A stretch of DNA of 64,000 nt from Nannocystales bacterium (GCA_050633305.1 JBOEGF010000005.1:128001-192000); one strand, 5' to 3'; positions 9,955 through 20,050 are shown, counted from the first letter of the stretch. The notes: generated by a model from the sequence alone, not told the origin. Program-made: numbers and translations.

Positions 9955-11172
9955 ATGTCCACGTCCAAGAAACCAGCCTCAGAAACCAATCCCGCGTTCT
10001 CCGCCTACATGCGGGACGTGGGTCGTCATCCCGTGATGACCAAGGCCGATGAAGCGAGATTGGGTGCCGATCTGATGGCGCTCCGTCGCCACTACCACCG
10101 ACAGGTGCTCTCGTATGCGCCCTACACGGCCGCTGTGTTGGACGTGATCCGAGAGACCCTCGACAAGACCGCGGACCTCGAGGCGGAGTTTGCCGAGCTC
10201 GCCGCCGCCGCTCGTGGTGTGCGCGACAGCAACCGCAAGGCGCCGGCCGAGCGATACGAGCGAATGCTGGATGATGTCTCGTCCAAGCTGGCGATGGTCG
10301 ACTCCGAGTGTATTGGGGTGGATCGCGTCGCCGCGGACCTGGACACGTTCGCCAGCGAATCCAAACGAGAGACGGTCCTGGCCGTGAAACCGCCTCGCAA
10401 GGGCAGCCGCCCGTTCGGTGAGTATGTCTCCCGGGTGCGACGCGCATCGGCGAGCCTTCGCAACGCCCGCAACCGCTTTGCGCGGGCCAACCTGAGGCTG
10501 GTCGTCCGCATCGCAGGACGCTTTCAGCAGAACCTCCTCCCGCTGCACGATCGAGTGCAAGAGGGCAACCTCGGGTTGATGAAGGCGATCGATCGCTTCG
10601 ACCCCACCCGCGGGTTCCGGTTTTCGACGTATGCCAGCTGGTGGATCAAGCACGCGATCCGTCGGGCCGCGGTCAACCGCGGTCGTACGATTCGCCTGCC
10701 CGCGCACCTTCAAGCCACGGCGGCCAAGGTCAACCGCGCTCGAATCGGCCTGCGCCAGTCCCTCGAGCGAGAGCCGACCGCCGCTGAGATCGCTGCAGAT
10801 GTCGAGCTGCCTCTCGACAAGGTCGAGCTGACCATCGATGCGATGCGGCAGCGCCACGTCAGCCTCGATGCACCTGTCGGTGGCGGTGACGATGCTCGCA
10901 CGGTGCTCGAGACGCTGATCGACGTCGACCAGCGACCCATGGAGGAACTCGTCAGTGACGAGAACGACGCTGCGAAGCTTCGTGGAAAGCTCCTGTCCCT
11001 GGCGACCATCGAGCAGGACATCCTGCGACAACGCTTTGGACTGGACGGGGTTACCCCGCGAACCCTGACCGAGATCGGCCACCAGTACGATCTCTCGCGG
11101 GAGCGAATCCGCCAGCTGCAGCAGCGGGCACTCGAGAACCTGCGGCGCACGCTCGAGTCTTCCGCGGCCTGA
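9955..11172 (+). CDS. RNA polymerase sigma-70 factor, RpoD/RpoS-like group lacking region 1.1
   Basis: Region 1.2 AYMRDVGRHP; region 2 ANLRLVV..QEGNLGLMKAIDRFDPTRGFRFSTYASWWI; region 4 TLTEIG..LSRERIRQ. Confidence 0.93.
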   Translation: MSTSKKPASETNPAFSAYMRDVGRHPVMTKADEARLGADLMALRRHYHRQVLSYAPYTAAVLDVIRETLDKTADLEAEFAELAAAARGVRDSNRKAPAERYERMLDDVSSKLAMVDSECIGVDRVAADLDTFASESKRETVLAVKPPRKGSRPFGEYVSRVRRASASLRNARNRFARANLRLVVRIAGRFQQNLLPLHDRVQEGNLGLMKAIDRFDPTRGFRFSTYASWWIKHAIRRAAVNRGRTIRLPAHLQATAAKVNRARIGLRQSLEREPTAAEIAADVELPLDKVELTIDAMRQRHVSLDAPVGGGDDARTVLETLIDVDQRPMEELVSDENDAAKLRGKLLSLATIEQDILRQRFGLDGVTPRTLTEIGHQYDLSRERIRQLQQRALENLRRTLESSAA

Positions 11173-11197
11173 GGCCGAACGACCTGAGGCCGAACGA
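11168..11197. repeat. 15-bp tandem duplication spanning the sigma stop codon
   Basis: CCTGAGGCCGAACGA occurs twice in direct succession. Confidence 0.85.
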
Positions 11198-11205
11198 AAC
11201 GATCA

Positions 11206-11246
11206 ACGACAGAAGCCGAGTTCCATCGGGAACTCGGCTTCGTCGT
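11206..11246. terminator. Probable bidirectional terminator hairpin
   Basis: ACGAC(A)GAAGCCGAGTTCC-ATCG-GGAACTCGGCTTCGTCGT inverted repeat between the convergent sigma and phoD genes. Confidence 0.75.
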
Positions 11247-11264
11247 GTCTGGCGGGGGGGCTCG

Positions 11265-12848
11265 CTACGGGCCGACGTTGATGGTGACGAAGTAGGCGTC
11301 GTTCCCCGAGTCGGGGTCGATGAAGCGCAGGGTCACCGTCATGTCTTCGGGGTCGAACTCCAGGATGCACCCCCGCGGCTGGTTGATGCCGTAGTCAAAA
11401 TGCGGAGGGTTCCAACCGAGCAGCGCGTTGGGGATCGGGTTGGCGTTTCCACTCGCACAGGCGACCTCGCGCAGCTGCGAGAAGGTGTCGTCGCCGTTGG
11501 GCTCGAGCCGCGACAAGAACGAGCAGTGGAAGTCGCCGGAGACGAACAACACGTTGCTGATGTCGTTGTCGTTGATGAAGTCGCGAACGCGCTCGCGCGA
11601 GTCCGGGTAGCCGTCCCAGCGGTCGCTCGCGGCGATGTCCCATTGGACGGGCATGTTCGTGATCGGCACCGAGTTCATCACGATCTTGAACCGGCAGGGG
11701 CTGTTGAGCAGGCGGTCCTCGAGAAACGCCATCTGCGTGTCGCTCATGTACAGGCCCTGCGAGGGGCGTCGTTCGTACCGGGTGTCGAGGACGATGATCT
11801 CGGCGGTAAGGCCCCAGCGGAACGTCCGCCACAGACGGTAGTCGGGTCCTTCCGCGTCGATCGGGACCAGCTCGAAGTACGAGTCCATGGCGTTTTGGCG
11901 CCGGAGGAGCTCGTCCGGGTCCATCGTCTCCCGGTCGAAGTTGGAGTTGTCGTCGATCTCGTGATCGTCCCAGGTCGCGTAGACGCCCGAGTTGGAAAAG
12001 AGGTTGCGGTAGTCGGGCGTGGACATCCAGTCGCGCCAGTTCGCCCGGAACTCCGCGAGCGTCTCCATCCCGTCGTTGTACGCCATGTCCCCAAGGTGCA
12101 GGATGACGTCGAAGTACTCCTCGTTTGTTCGGCCGACCGCGGGCCAGTCGAGGGACGAGCCACAGCATGAGATCAGCGCCACGACCAGGGGCTCGAGGGC
12201 GTCCTCGGCGATCGCGGTTCGCACGTGTCCGATGCGGCTGCGGGCGGAGAAGTCCCCGTCCTCACCGACGAAGTAGCCGTAGTCGTACCAGGTGCCCGGG
12301 CAGAGGCCGTCGACGGAGAACTTCACGAATCCATCGGCGTTGGGCTCGACCGTGCGTTCGTGGACGAGGTGGACCTGTCCTGCACGTTCGCTGGGGATCC
12401 AGATTCGGAAGGTCTTGGGCGCACCGTCGGGGACGTAGACCGTGAACATCGCCGACTCGGGGCGCATCTCACCGGACATGATCGCCAGGGGGAAGACAGC
12501 TTCGTCGAGCGATTCGTCGGCGGGCTCCCAATCGATGAGCTCCGCGTCCTCGCAAGCCGGTGGCGGGCCGTCGGTGTCGGAGCTGCTGGAGCTTTCGTCC
12601 GACCCGCCGGTCGTGTCGCCCGAGCCGTCGGGGTCGGTGGTCTCGCTGCTGGTCTCGACGGTGGGGTTGATCGCGGTCGTCGAGCTCTCCGCGTCTGTGG
12701 TGCCGGCGGAGGTCCCGGTCGAGCTTGTGGCCCCGTCGGTGCCACTGCCGCCGATGGAGTCATCGCCGCACGCGACGAGGAGAGCCGCGAAGCCCCCGGC
12801 GCTGACCGTCAAGAAGCTGCGTCGCCCGTGCACAAGATCCCAAGACAT
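11265..12848 (-). CDS. phoD: Alkaline phosphatase D family, Tat-exported lipoprotein
   Basis: RRSFL Tat motif and LVAC lipobox; HLGDMAYND, TWDDHE, LDTRYER, WDGY and SGDFH metallophosphatase motifs. Confidence 0.9.
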   Translation of the reverse strand: MSWDLVHGRRSFLTVSAGGFAALLVACGDDSIGGSGTDGATSSTGTSAGTTDAESSTTAINPTVETSSETTDPDGSGDTTGGSDESSSSSDTDGPPPACEDAELIDWEPADESLDEAVFPLAIMSGEMRPESAMFTVYVPDGAPKTFRIWIPSERAGQVHLVHERTVEPNADGFVKFSVDGLCPGTWYDYGYFVGEDGDFSARSRIGHVRTAIAEDALEPLVVALISCCGSSLDWPAVGRTNEEYFDVILHLGDMAYNDGMETLAEFRANWRDWMSTPDYRNLFSNSGVYATWDDHEIDDNSNFDRETMDPDELLRRQNAMDSYFELVPIDAEGPDYRLWRTFRWGLTAEIIVLDTRYERRPSQGLYMSDTQMAFLEDRLLNSPCRFKIVMNSVPITNMPVQWDIAASDRWDGYPDSRERVRDFINDNDISNVLFVSGDFHCSFLSRLEPNGDDTFSQLREVACASGNANPIPNALLGWNPPHFDYGINQPRGCILEFDPEDMTVTLRFIDPDSGNDAYFVTINVGP

Positions 12849-12923
12849 GTCGCATTGTTAGTCGATGCGCGGGGTGGGACGCAAGCTGGGCAGTATCCGC
12901 CTCGGCCGGTATGGTCCGGCGTC

Positions 12924-13916
12924 GTGACGCACAGGCTTCTCATTGGACTCATCCTCTGCTCCCTCGGATGCGCGGCAGAGCCGGCGAAGTGCATGGAAAC
13001 GCCCGCGGTGGCGGTGGCGCCACCGCCGGAGGCCGAGCCGGCGGCCGCCGACGAGGTGCCTGCAGCGCCGGAGCGCAAGCGGCACGAGGTGACGGCTGAC
13101 GATGGGCACACGCTCGCGGTCTGGTCACGGGTCCCCCAGGAGCCGCGCGGTGCGGTCGTCCTGTTGCACGGTCGGACGTGGAGCGCCCGTCCAGACTTCG
13201 ACCTTCAGGTTCCCGGTGAAGGGCCTTCGACCATGGAAGCATTTGCGGCGGCCGGGATCGCCGCATACGCGCTCGACCTTCGAGGCTACGGCGACACGTC
13301 GCGAGATACGACCGGCTGGAACACCCCAGACCGCGCGACCGCCGATGTTCTCGCGGTGCTGGAGTGGGTGAAGTCCCGTCATCGGGACCAAGCTCCCGCG
13401 CTCCTGGGATGGTCGTTGGGATCGCTGACCTCGCAGCTCGCAGCCCAGAGCCGTCCCGAGCTGATCTCCGCGCTGGTGCTGTACGGCTACCCCCGGGACC
13501 CTGACCGTCGCTACACGGCCGAAAAGGATGAGGGTCCTCCCCCTGCGAAGGCCACCACGGCAAAGGCAGCCGCCTCCGACTTCATCATCCCCGGCAACAT
13601 CTCTGCAGCGGCGATCGATGCGTTTGTCGAGCAGTCGCTGGAGGCGGACCCCGTTCGCTCGGATTGGCGGCGAAGCGACCAGTGGAACGCGCTCGACCCC
13701 AGCAAGGTGACGGTGCCCACACTCGTGCTTCACGGCGGGTCCGACCCGTACGCGCCGGTGCCGAACTTGGCGAAACTGGTGACGCGGTTGGGGACCAAGG
13801 ACCGCGCATGGGTGACCATCGCTGGGGGCGATCACGCTGCCCACCTGGAGAACGTCGCACCCCGGTTCATGGACGCTGTCCTCTCGTTCCTCGACGCACC
13901 TCGCGGACCGAAATAA
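12924..13916 (+). CDS. Alpha/beta hydrolase lipoprotein
   Basis: LLHGRTW, DLRGYG, GWSLG nucleophile, HGGSD and GGDHAAH catalytic Asp/His; SLGC lipobox. Confidence 0.88.
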   Translation: MTHRLLIGLILCSLGCAAEPAKCMETPAVAVAPPPEAEPAAADEVPAAPERKRHEVTADDGHTLAVWSRVPQEPRGAVVLLHGRTWSARPDFDLQVPGEGPSTMEAFAAAGIAAYALDLRGYGDTSRDTTGWNTPDRATADVLAVLEWVKSRHRDQAPALLGWSLGSLTSQLAAQSRPELISALVLYGYPRDPDRRYTAEKDEGPPPAKATTAKAAASDFIIPGNISAAAIDAFVEQSLEADPVRSDWRRSDQWNALDPSKVTVPTLVLHGGSDPYAPVPNLAKLVTRLGTKDRAWVTIAGGDHAAHLENVAPRFMDAVLSFLDAPRGPK

Positions 13917-14223
13917 AAGACGGGGGACGATGCATCCGTTTGCCCGTTGTCGCGACTAACAGGAGTGCAAGGCCCAGGCGTCAATCGTCGCCCCTGTGGT
14001 CCTCTTCAGGGGAAGCCCCTGGGCCGTGCAGCCATCGTTTCGAACGCATCGGAACACCAACCAAAGCCAAAGCAAGCCACTGCCTCCGCGGCCGCCGCGT
14101 CCCGCCACCACCTAGGGCAACGCGACCGCGGGGGCTTTTTTGCTACGCCCTGTCCCCGATCGTCCGATTGGCTCGGCAGCGACCTGCATTGGGGGGTAAA
14201 CTTCGGGCCGAGGACGCTCGACG

Positions 14224-15111
14224 ATGAACCAACAGAATCCGTACGGAGGCCAGCAGCCACAACAAGGTTGGGGGCAGCAGCCTCAGCAGCAACAGCCTGC
14301 TTGGGGACAGGCACCTCAGCAAGCTCAGCCTCACCAGCAGCCACAGCAGTTCGGCGGCATGCATCCTGGCATGCAGATGCCAGGGCCGACTCCCGGCGGA
14401 CCCTCCTACAGCGGCGCCGATGAGAGCAACGTGATCGCCTCCGAGGCCTCGGTCGAGGCGCGGTCCAAGTTCATCGAGCGCACCTACTTGCACCTGGCCG
14501 GCGCGATCGCTGCCTTTGTCGTGCTCTCCGCGGGGTTCCAGATGATCCCGGGCATCGACGAGATGGTCTTCAACCTGCTGATGGTCAGCGAGTATTCCTG
14601 GCTCGCGGTGATGGCAGCGTTCATCGGCGTCAGCTACCTCGCGGATAGCTGGGCCAAAGGCAGCTCGTCTCCGACGATGCAGTACGCCGGGCTCACGCTT
14701 TACACCGTCGCCGAAGCGGTGATCTTCTTGCCGATGATCATCATGGCGCGGGCGTACATCGGTACCGAGGGCATCATGACCGCGGGGGGCGTCACCCTGG
14801 CGATGTTCGCGGGCCTCACCGGCTACGTCTTCATGACCAAGAAGGACTTCTCCTTCATGCGCGGTGCTCTCACCGTTGGAGCGATGGGCGCGATGGGATT
14901 GATCGTCGCTTCGATCGCGTTTGGCTTCAACCTCGGGATCGTCTTCAGCATCGGCATGGTCGTGCTGGCTTGCGGCTACATCCTCTACTACACGGGGAAC
15001 GTGCTGCACCACTACCGGGTCAACCAGCACGTCGCGGCTGCGCTGGCTCTGTTCTCCGCAGTCGCGCTGCTGTTCTGGTACGTCCTGCGCATCTTCATGT
15101 CGCGGCGCTAG
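14224..15111 (+). CDS. Bax inhibitor-1/YccA family membrane protein with Q/P/G-rich N-terminus
   Basis: FIERTYLHL, about 7 TM helices, TKKDFSFM, ILYYTGNVLH, AALALF..LFWYVLRI. Confidence 0.9.
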   Translation: MNQQNPYGGQQPQQGWGQQPQQQQPAWGQAPQQAQPHQQPQQFGGMHPGMQMPGPTPGGPSYSGADESNVIASEASVEARSKFIERTYLHLAGAIAAFVVLSAGFQMIPGIDEMVFNLLMVSEYSWLAVMAAFIGVSYLADSWAKGSSSPTMQYAGLTLYTVAEAVIFLPMIIMARAYIGTEGIMTAGGVTLAMFAGLTGYVFMTKKDFSFMRGALTVGAMGAMGLIVASIAFGFNLGIVFSIGMVVLACGYILYYTGNVLHHYRVNQHVAAALALFSAVALLFWYVLRIFMSRR

Positions 15112-15217
15112 GGCCATTCCAGCTCAGCGGCAGAGGCCCTCTGCGTCCACCAGATCTGAACAGATCTGGGTGGAGCAGGGGGCTTCTTGCGTTCGGCGCT
15201 GTGCAATACTTTCGCGC

Positions 15218-16276
15218 ATGCGGTCGGAGCGTTGGGTATGGCTTTGCGTCGGATTGGCGGGCTGCTTCTCCTCACCGCCTGAAGTTACTGAGGGCGGCGA
15301 GACCAGCGGGGGATCGAGCTCGTCAGGCATGGCTGTCACGGAGGGGGTCACTACGGACGTCGACCCATCGACCACGACGACGGCCGACGCCGAATCGAGT
15401 TCGTCATCGGGTGGGACCAGTTCCGGAAGCTCGGGGGAGAGCACGACAACTGGCGAGCAGGGATGCCCGGGGGAGGGGGTCTGTTTCCCACCCGCGCCGC
15501 CGCGGTGGGATGGCCCTGCCGTGATGTTGGTCGGCCAGTCCGAGGGGGTGGAGCCGATGTGTCCACCCGGTTCAGAGGTGCTGTGGCGAGCGGGCACCGA
15601 TCCCGCGGCGCGTTGCGATTGCTCCGAGTGCGGTGGCGACATCGGCTGCGATGTCGAGCTTGGGTTCGGCTCCAACGGGACGTGCCCCGAGGGCTCGACG
15701 GGCTCCGGCTGCCAACCCTTCTCCACCGAGCTCACCGGTCAGTTCTATATGTCGCTGGCGTTGGACGTTTCGGCCGGGGCTGCATGCGATTCGCCGCAGC
15801 CGGCCGACCCGGGCTTTCGGGAGCAAGCCGTCGGATGCCGGCCCAACGCCGAGACGTGTGAGGGGGGAGTGTGTCTTCTGGGCCGGGCGTGTATCTCGCG
15901 CCCTGGGGATTTCGAAGCCTGCCCCCCGGACTACCCGGACCGCTCGCTGCTCTACACCTCGGCCAGCGGAAGCGATCTGTCCTGCGACACGTGCGGCTGC
16001 GGCGACGATGGTGTCGGCTTCCTGTGCACCGAAGCGACTGTGACGCTGTACGACGGGCCCGACTGTGCCGGAGCGTCCAGCTCTCCACCTCTGCTGGCTG
16101 CCGCGAGCGGTGAGTGCGACCCCTACGATGACCCGAAGGGGTTCGTTGCGATCGAGGAGATCGCGAGCGTCGACATCCAGATCCCCCAGGCGGACTGCTC
16201 CTCGGACCGCGGCTTCGAAAATGCGTCGGGCGAGTTTGACGTGGCTGACCCGCGGACGGTGTGCTGCTCGGGCTGA
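15218..16276 (+). CDS. Cys-rich lipoprotein
   Basis: LAGC lipobox, S/T/G linker, more than 20 Cys, ends in TVCC. Confidence 0.8.
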   Translation: MRSERWVWLCVGLAGCFSSPPEVTEGGETSGGSSSSGMAVTEGVTTDVDPSTTTTADAESSSSSGGTSSGSSGESTTTGEQGCPGEGVCFPPAPPRWDGPAVMLVGQSEGVEPMCPPGSEVLWRAGTDPAARCDCSECGGDIGCDVELGFGSNGTCPEGSTGSGCQPFSTELTGQFYMSLALDVSAGAACDSPQPADPGFREQAVGCRPNAETCEGGVCLLGRACISRPGDFEACPPDYPDRSLLYTSASGSDLSCDTCGCGDDGVGFLCTEATVTLYDGPDCAGASSSPPLLAAASGECDPYDDPKGFVAIEEIASVDIQIPQADCSSDRGFENASGEFDVADPRTVCCSG

Positions 16277-16479
16277 CGCGCTGATGCGCCGCGAAACGGC
16301 CGAACCGCAACGATATCGGCCGTTTCAGAGCCACGTGCGCAAGCGCGTGCGCGCCCCTGCGGAAGCGCATTCCGGGACAGGCGCAGTGGGGGGTGACACC
16401 GAGAGCGGGACATGTAGACTGCGCCATCCGTCTGCATTGGACCGCGTGAACCGCGGTTTCCAAGCCAAGGAACGAGCAC

Positions 16480-17157
16480 ATGAGCGAGTCGAATACCGCG
16501 GCTTTTTTCCGGGCCGAAGGCACCCTCATCAAGAGCGGAGTCCTTCAAGCGGCCGCCTACATGGCCTCCCAGCGCGCCGGCATGCGAGAGCGTTTGCTCC
16601 GCTTCGGTCAGACTGCCCTCGCAGCCCCGGTCTTCGGGGTGCTTGGTCAAAACGACCGAACGCTGGGCAACCGCGTTGCACACCTGAGCTATCGCGACAT
16701 CACCGATGACCGCGTGGCGATCTTGGCCGAGGAGTACGTCGAGGACATTCTCAAGGAGAAGATTCTCGATGCAGGCCTCGAGCTGATGAAGCAGGCCAAG
16801 AAGGACGGTCACCGCATCGTCGTGATCTCCGAGGGGATCTCGGAGATCATGGAAGGGCTTCTTCCGCACCTGCGCTATGTCGACGAGCTGATCTGCAACC
16901 GGCTCGAGTACAAGGACCACAAGGCCACCGGCACGTTGCTGGACCCGATCGTCGGAGGCTACGACGGTGGCACGTGGCTCAAGGAGTACGCGCGCAAGCA
17001 CGAACTCGATCTCGAGCGGTCCGTCGCGTTCGCGGGCCACGGTCCCGACCTGCTGTTGCTTTCGTCCGTCGGCAAGCCGTGCGCGGTCAACCCCGACTTC
17101 ACCCTGCGCAAGGCCGCCAAAGAGGCGGACTGGCCCGTGATGGAATACACGGCATGA
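16480..17157 (+). CDS. HAD-IB-like protein with degenerate catalytic motifs
   Basis: HAD-IB layout, but motif I reads AAFFRAEGTL (normally DxDGT) and motif IV reads AFAGHGPDL (normally SDSxxD). Confidence 0.8.
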   Translation: MSESNTAAFFRAEGTLIKSGVLQAAAYMASQRAGMRERLLRFGQTALAAPVFGVLGQNDRTLGNRVAHLSYRDITDDRVAILAEEYVEDILKEKILDAGLELMKQAKKDGHRIVVISEGISEIMEGLLPHLRYVDELICNRLEYKDHKATGTLLDPIVGGYDGGTWLKEYARKHELDLERSVAFAGHGPDLLLLSSVGKPCAVNPDFTLRKAAKEADWPVMEYTA

Positions 17158-18830
17158 GCTTCTCGGTGAAGAGCGAGTACGCCGGCAAGCATGTGCTGCT
17201 GACCGGCGGCACTGGCTTTGTCGGCAAGGTGTGGTTGGTGATGGCGCTGACGCGCATCCCCGACATTGGTCGTATCTACGTGCTGATGCGGGGCAAGGGT
17301 CGAAGCGTCAAGGACCGCTGGCTCAAGATCGTCAACGAAAACCCCGCGTTCCGGCCGCTCCACGAGAAGCACGGCGCTGGCCTGAGCAAGTTCATCGCCG
17401 ACCGCGTCGAGGTGATCCAAGGAACGCTCGACTCCCCGAATATGTCCATCGAGGACAGCATCGCGGAGCGTCTTCGGGACAAGCTCGATCTCATCGTCAA
17501 CTGTGCGGGACTGGTCGACTTCAACCCCGATGTTCGGGTTGCCGTGTCGTCCAACCTCGATGGCTCGATGCACGTCGCCGACTTCGCTGCGTCGTGCAAG
17601 AACGCCGCGATGATCCATGTCTCGACCTGCTACGTGGCGGGGACGCGGGACGGGTTCATCAGCGAGACCATCGCCGGTACCGCGCCCAACGGCACGCCGA
17701 TCGATGCCGAGGAGGAGTACAAGCGCCTCCAGGAGATCATCGTTGAGACGGAGGCGGAGAACGAATCGGAGGAGACCGTCAAGGCGCTCACCGATGAGGT
17801 CGTCGCACGCGTCAAGAAGCGAGGCTACGAGCCCACCGAGAAGCGGGTTTCGGGCACGGTGGGGCGACTCAAAGCCAAGCGCCTGCGCGAGGTGATGTCG
17901 TTGGCCGGCATGGACCGAGCCAAGGAACTCGGCTGGCCGAACACGTACACGTACACCAAGGCGCTGGCCGAGATGCTGACCAAGTCTCGGTATCCGAACT
18001 TGCGGCATACGGTGTTGCGACCGGCCATCGTGGAGAGCGCGGTCGATTTCCCGTTCCCCGGCTGGAACGAGGGCTTCAACACCTCGGGCCCGCTGATCTA
18101 TCTGGCCAGCACCTGGCTGCGGCACATTCCGGCCAAGCCCGGGAACCCGCTCGACATCATCCCGGTCGACCTCGTGGTCAACGGAATCTTTATCGCCGGC
18201 GCTGCGGTGATGCGGGGCGAGCACGAAGAGGTCTACCAGACCGGGTCTTCGGACCGCGCCACGTTGACGATCGACCGTCTCACCGAACTCTCCGCGTTGG
18301 GCAACCGTCAGCACCTCCGCAAGACCGGCGTGAACCGGGTCGAGACGCTTCTGCTCTCCCGATGGGATGCCGTCGCGTCCGACCCCGAGCACATGCTCAA
18401 CGTCAGCAACATTCGCGAGGTCGTCTTCCAGGTCAGCCGCTACTTGCGGCACGGCCGTCCGGAGAAGATCCCCAGCGAGTGGAAGGAAGAGGCGGAGAAC
18501 ATGGCGAAGACCGCCGACAAGGCGCAGCGCAAGCTTCGGCAGATCGAAGAAGTGCTGGAGCTGTTCATGCCCTTCACCTACGACCACTACATGGTCTTTG
18601 AGGCCCGAGCGCTCGACAAACACCAGGTGGACGAGCCCGAGTTCCGGTTCAGGCCCGAGGACATCAACTGGCGGAAGTACTGGCTCGAGTGCCACATGCC
18701 TGGGTTGCGCCGCTGGTGCTTCCCCAAGCAGTACGAGAACAAAGAGACCGAGATCTACACGCCAAAGGTGCCCTTCGTGATGCTCGAAGACGGCGCTGCG
18801 GCGGCTCCCAATCCACAAGAAGCGCGCTGA
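17154..18830 (+). CDS. Fatty acyl-CoA/ACP reductase (NAD_binding_4 + Sterile-like C-terminus)
   Basis: TGGTGFVG, HVSTCYV, GWPNTYTYTKALAE, RPAIVES..FPFPGWNEG, DIIPVD, INWRKYW..HMPGL; ATGA overlap with the HAD gene. Confidence 0.9.
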   Translation: MSFSVKSEYAGKHVLLTGGTGFVGKVWLVMALTRIPDIGRIYVLMRGKGRSVKDRWLKIVNENPAFRPLHEKHGAGLSKFIADRVEVIQGTLDSPNMSIEDSIAERLRDKLDLIVNCAGLVDFNPDVRVAVSSNLDGSMHVADFAASCKNAAMIHVSTCYVAGTRDGFISETIAGTAPNGTPIDAEEEYKRLQEIIVETEAENESEETVKALTDEVVARVKKRGYEPTEKRVSGTVGRLKAKRLREVMSLAGMDRAKELGWPNTYTYTKALAEMLTKSRYPNLRHTVLRPAIVESAVDFPFPGWNEGFNTSGPLIYLASTWLRHIPAKPGNPLDIIPVDLVVNGIFIAGAAVMRGEHEEVYQTGSSDRATLTIDRLTELSALGNRQHLRKTGVNRVETLLLSRWDAVASDPEHMLNVSNIREVVFQVSRYLRHGRPEKIPSEWKEEAENMAKTADKAQRKLRQIEEVLELFMPFTYDHYMVFEARALDKHQVDEPEFRFRPEDINWRKYWLECHMPGLRRWCFPKQYENKETEIYTPKVPFVMLEDGAAAAPNPQEAR

Positions 18831-18833
18831 ACC

Positions 18834-19988
18834 ATGGCCACCACCTTTCTCACCGGCTCGACCGGATACATTGGTTCCTACGTCGCCGACCTCATTCTTC
18901 GGCATCACCCCGATGAGCGCCTCGCGGTTCTCGTTCGGGCCAAGACCCCCGACGCCGCCCGCAAGCGGCTTTGGAAGTCGCTGCAGCTGCACATGAGCTT
19001 TGATGAGTTCGTGTCGTTTCTGCCGCGGTTCGACATCTACCTCGGCGACCTCACCAGCCCCGACCTGGGGCTCGACGCCGACGCCAAGAAGACGCTCACC
19101 AGCACCGCAAGCTCGGTGCTGCACGTCGCTGCGTCGCTCAACCGCAAGTCCTCCAAGACCTGCTTCAACGTCAACCTTCGTGGCACGTTGTCGGTCATCA
19201 AGCTCGCCCAGGCGATGTCGGAGACCAACGGACTGCGGCGCTTCAGCGATGTCAGCACCGCTGCAGCTGCTGGACAGCGGCAAAACGAGACGGTGATGGA
19301 GGACGACTGCATCGATTGGGATCGCAGCGACTACGACCCGTACGCCCGCACGAAGAAGTTCTGCGAGCACATGGTCGAAGAGCTGCTGCCAGACGTGCAG
19401 CGGTCCATCTTCCGGCCTTCCATCGTTTTGGGCGACAGCCGGTTCCCCGAGACGACACAGTTCGACATGGTCCGGGCGTTCGCAGGACTGGCGTACATGC
19501 GGGTGCTGCCATTCAACCCCCAATGGCGCGCAGACATCGTGCCCGCGGACTACGTCTCCAAGGGCATCGTCAAGGTGCACATGGACGACAACCCCAAGCA
19601 CGAGGCGTTCCACATGAGCTCGGGCGAGGACTCGCTGACGTACGCCGAGATCGTTCAGGCGCTCCGTGACGCTGGCCACAAGCCCAAGATGATGTTCGCG
19701 CCCAAGCTCAAGGGGACCTTCGGCGGCGCAGTCGAAGCTTTGATGTCCACGCCACGCAAGTGGGGCGTCGCACCGTCGGCTTCGCTGATGAAGGTGTTCC
19801 TGCCCTACCTCACCTACAACACGGTGTTCGACAACAGCCACATCGTCGAAGCGCTGGGCGGGGAAAAACCCCGCTCGTTCCGCGAGTACGGCTACGCACT
19901 CCTGCGCTTCGCGGTCGACGGGAACTTCACGTACCCGTACAAGGACTGGCCGTCCGACGGCGACGAGAAGGTCGCGAAGGTCGCCTAG
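18834..19988 (+). CDS. Extended SDR / thioester-reductase-like oxidoreductase
   Basis: TGSTGYIG, GDLTSPDLGL, YARTK (YxxxK), RPSIVLGDS, DIVPADYV. Confidence 0.88.
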   Translation: MATTFLTGSTGYIGSYVADLILRHHPDERLAVLVRAKTPDAARKRLWKSLQLHMSFDEFVSFLPRFDIYLGDLTSPDLGLDADAKKTLTSTASSVLHVAASLNRKSSKTCFNVNLRGTLSVIKLAQAMSETNGLRRFSDVSTAAAAGQRQNETVMEDDCIDWDRSDYDPYARTKKFCEHMVEELLPDVQRSIFRPSIVLGDSRFPETTQFDMVRAFAGLAYMRVLPFNPQWRADIVPADYVSKGIVKVHMDDNPKHEAFHMSSGEDSLTYAEIVQALRDAGHKPKMMFAPKLKGTFGGAVEALMSTPRKWGVAPSASLMKVFLPYLTYNTVFDNSHIVEALGGEKPRSFREYGYALLRFAVDGNFTYPYKDWPSDGDEKVAKVA

Positions 19989-20014
19989 GCCCGCCACCAC
20001 CAAACGACCGACAC

Positions 20015-20050
20015 GAACGGCCGTCCTCCCTTCGGAGGCGGCCGTTTTTT
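20015..20050 (+). terminator. Rho-independent terminator
   Basis: GC-rich hairpin AACGGCCGTCCTCC-CTTC-GGAGGCGGCCG followed by TTTTTT after the HAD-FAR-SDR operon. Confidence 0.85.

Noticed and set aside
16959..20003. 1014-aa minus-strand ORF
   Set aside because: Antisense shadow of the FAR and SDR genes with no recognisable motifs.
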